From: an uncultured Hormoscilla sp.
Lineage (GTDB): Bacteria; Cyanobacteriota; Cyanobacteriia; Cyanobacteriales; Desertifilaceae
Length of the DNA stretch: 64,000 bases
Assembly (NCBI GenBank): GCA_963921275.4
Contig: OZ001293.3
Coordinates: 1,920,001 to 1,984,000 of the forward strand
Direction of reading: 5' to 3'
Below, piece by piece: positions 60,891-64,000 of the stretch. A program made the position numbers and the translations under genes. Numbering within the stretch: position 1 is the first letter of the stretch; the number at the start of each line of letters is the position of its first letter. The notes under the pieces were generated by a model. That model was not told the origin of the DNA, did not search any database, and saw only the letters and a program-made list of their open reading frames with translations.

Positions 60891-62897
60891 ATGAGGAAAT
60901 CCCCAACAGCGCGGCGTGAGCTTATTGTACAAAATAACCTTTCTCCGTTTGGCAACAAAGTGGTCAGGTCAGGGTATGTCAATAGTGACCAGATGCAGCA
61001 GGCTTTGATAGAAAGCCGCAAGTCAAGGAAGCCACTGACGCCGGTACTGGAAGGGCTGACAGGTAAGCAACTGCCCCCAGATTTAATTCGCCAGTACAAG
61101 AAACAGCAGCTGTTTGAACTGAAGATCCTCTATGGGGTAGATTCTCTAGATCCAGAAATATTTCAGATCGACACGACCCAGGTAAACTCCCTGATTAACA
61201 CCCTCATCCCCATAGATATATGTCGGAGCTATCAATTAGTACCGCTGTCGAAAAAAGCTAATCCGCCTTCGGTATTGGTGGCAATGGTGGATCCAGATAA
61301 TCTGGCAGCGTTGGACGACATGAAGCGGGTACTGCGCCCCCAAGGTTTGGAAATGCAGCGGATGGTGATTATCCAAGAAGATTACCAGCAAATCATTTCC
61401 AAATACCTGGACGAAGAAGTAAAAAAGCAGTCCAAACCAAAGAAAAGGGAGGAAAACCTTGACCTAGAAATAGATTTAACCTATCTGAACACCAGTATGG
61501 AGGATGAGGGGGACGATGAAGAGTCAGATGTTGACCTGAATAAGGCATTAAAAGATGCGGAAAGTGCCCCAGTCATAAAATGGGTGAATAAAATCCTGGC
61601 CAAGGCACTGACAGATGGGGTGTCGGATATCCATGTGGAACCTCAGGAAGAAGATTTGCGGGTGCGCTTCCGCAAGGATGGGGTGCTGCAAGAGCCTTTT
61701 CCGAGATTCCCGAAGTCAATTGTCAACGCCCTGACCTCTCGTTTCAAAATTATCTCGAATTTGGATATCGCTGAACGGCGGAAACCCCAGGATGGTCGTA
61801 TCCGCAGGATATTCCAAGGACGCAAGGTGGACTTCCGGGTGAATACTCTGCCAGCACGCTACGGGGAGAAGATCGTGCTGCGGATCTTGGATAATTCGTC
61901 AACCCAGCTGGGGTTGGATAAGTTAATCACAAATCCAGAGACCCTCACTCAAGTGCGGGAAATGGCGTCGCGTCCCTTTGGACTGATCTTGGTGACGGGG
62001 CCAACGGGTTCGGGTAAGTCTACAACCCTATATTCAGTCCTGGCAGAAAGAAACGATCCGGGGGTGAATATCAGCACGGCGGAAGACCCGATCGAGTATG
62101 CGTTACCGGGGATTAATCAGGTGCAGATGATTCGGGAAAAAAATATGGACTTTTCCTCGATTCTGCGGGCGTTCCTGCGGCAAGACCCGGATATAATTCT
62201 GGTGGGTGAGACCCGGGATAAGGAAACGGCAAAAACGGCAATAGAAGCGGCGTTGACGGGACACTTGGTGCTGACAACTCTACACACCAATGACGCGGCA
62301 GGGGCGATCGCCCGCTTGGACGAAATGGGGGTAGAACCTTTCATGGTCTCCGGGGCATTGCTGGGTGTGGTGGCCCAACGCTTGATGCGGCGGGTTTGTA
62401 GCGAATGTCGCATTGCCTATACCCCCACGCCTGAAGAACTAGCCCGCTACGGCATGTCGGCTTCTAAAGAGGCAGGGGTGACTTTCTATAAAGCTAACAC
62501 GATTCCTCTTGAAGATCGGGGAGAGCTGAAGGAAAAAGGGGAACTATGCCCCAAATGTAGTGGCGTGGGCTACAAGGGTCGTTGTGGGGTATATGAATTA
62601 CTGCAAGTGACAGAAAATCTCCAAGTGTTGATCAATGCAGGGGCCCCGACAGAGCGGATTAAGGAAGTAGCTGTAGAAGAGGGGATGGTCACATTACTGG
62701 CCTATAGCTTAAATCTGGTACGGGAAGGTGCGACCACCTTGGATGAAGTGGAGCGCGTGACCTATACGGACACGGGTCTGGAAGCAGAACTGAAAGCAAA
62801 ACGGAAGGTGGGTCTGACCTGTAAAACTTGCGCTGCGGGACTGCAGCAGGAGTGGCTAGAATGTCCATACTGCATGACACCTCGCTTTACTGATTAA
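60891..62897 (+). CDS. pilB: Type IV pilus assembly ATPase PilB
   Basis: SDIHVEP, GPTGSGKS, LRQDPD and a C-terminal cyanobacterial Cys motif. Confidence 0.96.
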   Translation: MRKSPTARRELIVQNNLSPFGNKVVRSGYVNSDQMQQALIESRKSRKPLTPVLEGLTGKQLPPDLIRQYKKQQLFELKILYGVDSLDPEIFQIDTTQVNSLINTLIPIDICRSYQLVPLSKKANPPSVLVAMVDPDNLAALDDMKRVLRPQGLEMQRMVIIQEDYQQIISKYLDEEVKKQSKPKKREENLDLEIDLTYLNTSMEDEGDDEESDVDLNKALKDAESAPVIKWVNKILAKALTDGVSDIHVEPQEEDLRVRFRKDGVLQEPFPRFPKSIVNALTSRFKIISNLDIAERRKPQDGRIRRIFQGRKVDFRVNTLPARYGEKIVLRILDNSSTQLGLDKLITNPETLTQVREMASRPFGLILVTGPTGSGKSTTLYSVLAERNDPGVNISTAEDPIEYALPGINQVQMIREKNMDFSSILRAFLRQDPDIILVGETRDKETAKTAIEAALTGHLVLTTLHTNDAAGAIARLDEMGVEPFMVSGALLGVVAQRLMRRVCSECRIAYTPTPEELARYGMSASKEAGVTFYKANTIPLEDRGELKEKGELCPKCSGVGYKGRCGVYELLQVTENLQVLINAGAPTERIKEVAVEEGMVTLLAYSLNLVREGATTLDEVERVTYTDTGLEAELKAKRKVGLTCKTCAAGLQQEWLECPYCMTPRFTD

Positions 62898-62933
62898 CAG
62901 TTTTGATGTGACTTTAGATAAGGAGACAGCGGT

Positions 62934-64000
62934 ATGGAGTTGATGATCGAAGACGTAATGGAGTCTCTGATCGAGCAGGGTGGGTCGGACATGCATATCC
63001 AGGCAGATTCGCCGATCTACTTCCGGATCAGTGGGAAATTGACTCCTCAGCCCCAATTTGGCGAAGAACTGGATGCTCAATCTTGTCAGCGTCTGATATT
63101 TAGTATGCTGAATAACAACCAGCGCAAGGCTCTGGAGCAAAACTGGGAGCTAGACTGTGCTTATGGGGTAAAAGGATTGTCTCGCTTTCGGGTAAATGTA
63201 TATCGGGAACGTGGTTGCTTTGCGGCTTGCTTGCGGGCCTTGCCTTTTAACATTCCCAATTTCGAGAAGCTGGGAGTGCCAGAGATAATGCGGGAACTCT
63301 CAGAACGACCTCGCGGGATGGTGTTGATCACGGGTCAGACCGGTTGTGGGAAGACGACGACAATAGCGGCGATCCTGGATCTGATCAACCGCACCCGCTC
63401 AGAGCATATCCTAACGGTGGAAGACCCGATCGAATATGTATTCCCGAATATCAAGAGTCTGTTTCACCAACGGCAAAGGGGAGAAGACACTAAGAGCTTT
63501 GCTAATGCGCTGAGAGCAGCCCTGCGGGAAGACCCGGATATAATCCTAGTGGGAGAAATGCGCGACTTGGAGACGACCGGTCTGGCGGTGTCGGCAGCAG
63601 AAACGGGTCACTTGGTGTTTGGCACGATGCACACTAACTCGGCAGCAGGGACGATCGACCGCTTGCTGGATATGTTCCCGCCAATTCAACAACCCCAAAT
63701 CAGGGCCCAAATATCAGGGTCTTTGGTAGGGGTCTGTAGTCAGAACCTGGTAAATAAAATCGGCGGCGGTCGGTGTGCAGCTCAGGAAATCATGGTGAAT
63801 ACTCCGGCGATCGGGAATTTGATCCGTGATGGTAAAACTGCTCAAATTTACTCGGCCATCCAAACCGGGGCAAAGATGGGCATGCAGACGATGGAAATGG
63901 CTTTAGCAAGACTGGTACGGGAAAACAAGGTAACTTATGAAGACGCGATCTGCAAGTGCAATAAAATAGATGAGCTGAATCGTCTTATTGGACTAGGGGT
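62934..64000 (+). CDS. pilT: Type IV pilus retraction ATPase PilT (partial, runs off window)
   Basis: Manual translation gives MELMIEDVME..GGSDMH..RFRVNVY..GQTGCGKTTT..ALREDPD..GEMRD..AAETGHLV..GMQTME. Confidence 0.95.
   Translation, partial: MELMIEDVMESLIEQGGSDMHIQADSPIYFRISGKLTPQPQFGEELDAQSCQRLIFSMLNNNQRKALEQNWELDCAYGVKGLSRFRVNVYRERGCFAACLRALPFNIPNFEKLGVPEIMRELSERPRGMVLITGQTGCGKTTTIAAILDLINRTRSEHILTVEDPIEYVFPNIKSLFHQRQRGEDTKSFANALRAALREDPDIILVGEMRDLETTGLAVSAAETGHLVFGTMHTNSAAGTIDRLLDMFPPIQQPQIRAQISGSLVGVCSQNLVNKIGGGRCAAQEIMVNTPAIGNLIRDGKTAQIYSAIQTGAKMGMQTMEMALARLVRENKVTYEDAICKCNKIDELNRLIGLG

Overview
Chromosomal window from a cyanobacterium (abundant HIP1 GCGATCGC sites, XisH/XisI, Uma2, cyanophycin genes). 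It is probably a marine filamentous lineage undergoing genome erosion; this is inferred from an intact proVWX operon and about 20 pseudogenes. Housekeeping genes are intact: gpmI-secG, tatA, trmD, ispF, rimP-nusA-ylxR-infB, tRNA-Thr(CGT), priA, grpE-dnaK-dnaJ-tusA-rsgA, pilB-pilT and a Ca-type P-ATPase. Accessory genes are broken by stops, frameshifts, IS elements and MITEs: wzt, TPR/CHAT, cphB/cphA, a patG-type remnant, transglutaminase, COP23, toxin-antitoxin genes and XisH/I. Four features stand out. (1) An ORF-less group II twintron (12145-12978 nested in 11258-13113) sits antisense inside a decayed transposase. (2) Several families of very small CGAT...ATCG-bounded or palindromic elements insert in-frame into genes, nest inside each other and mark deletion junctions. 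(3) A palindromic element family carries TTGACA-N17-TATCAT promoters. (4) An 11 x 21-bp repeat reads as [S/F]xVP-EYD cassettes, resembling a cyanobactin precursor, about 600 bp from a patG-type remnant. All family assignments come from motif recognition, not database searches.
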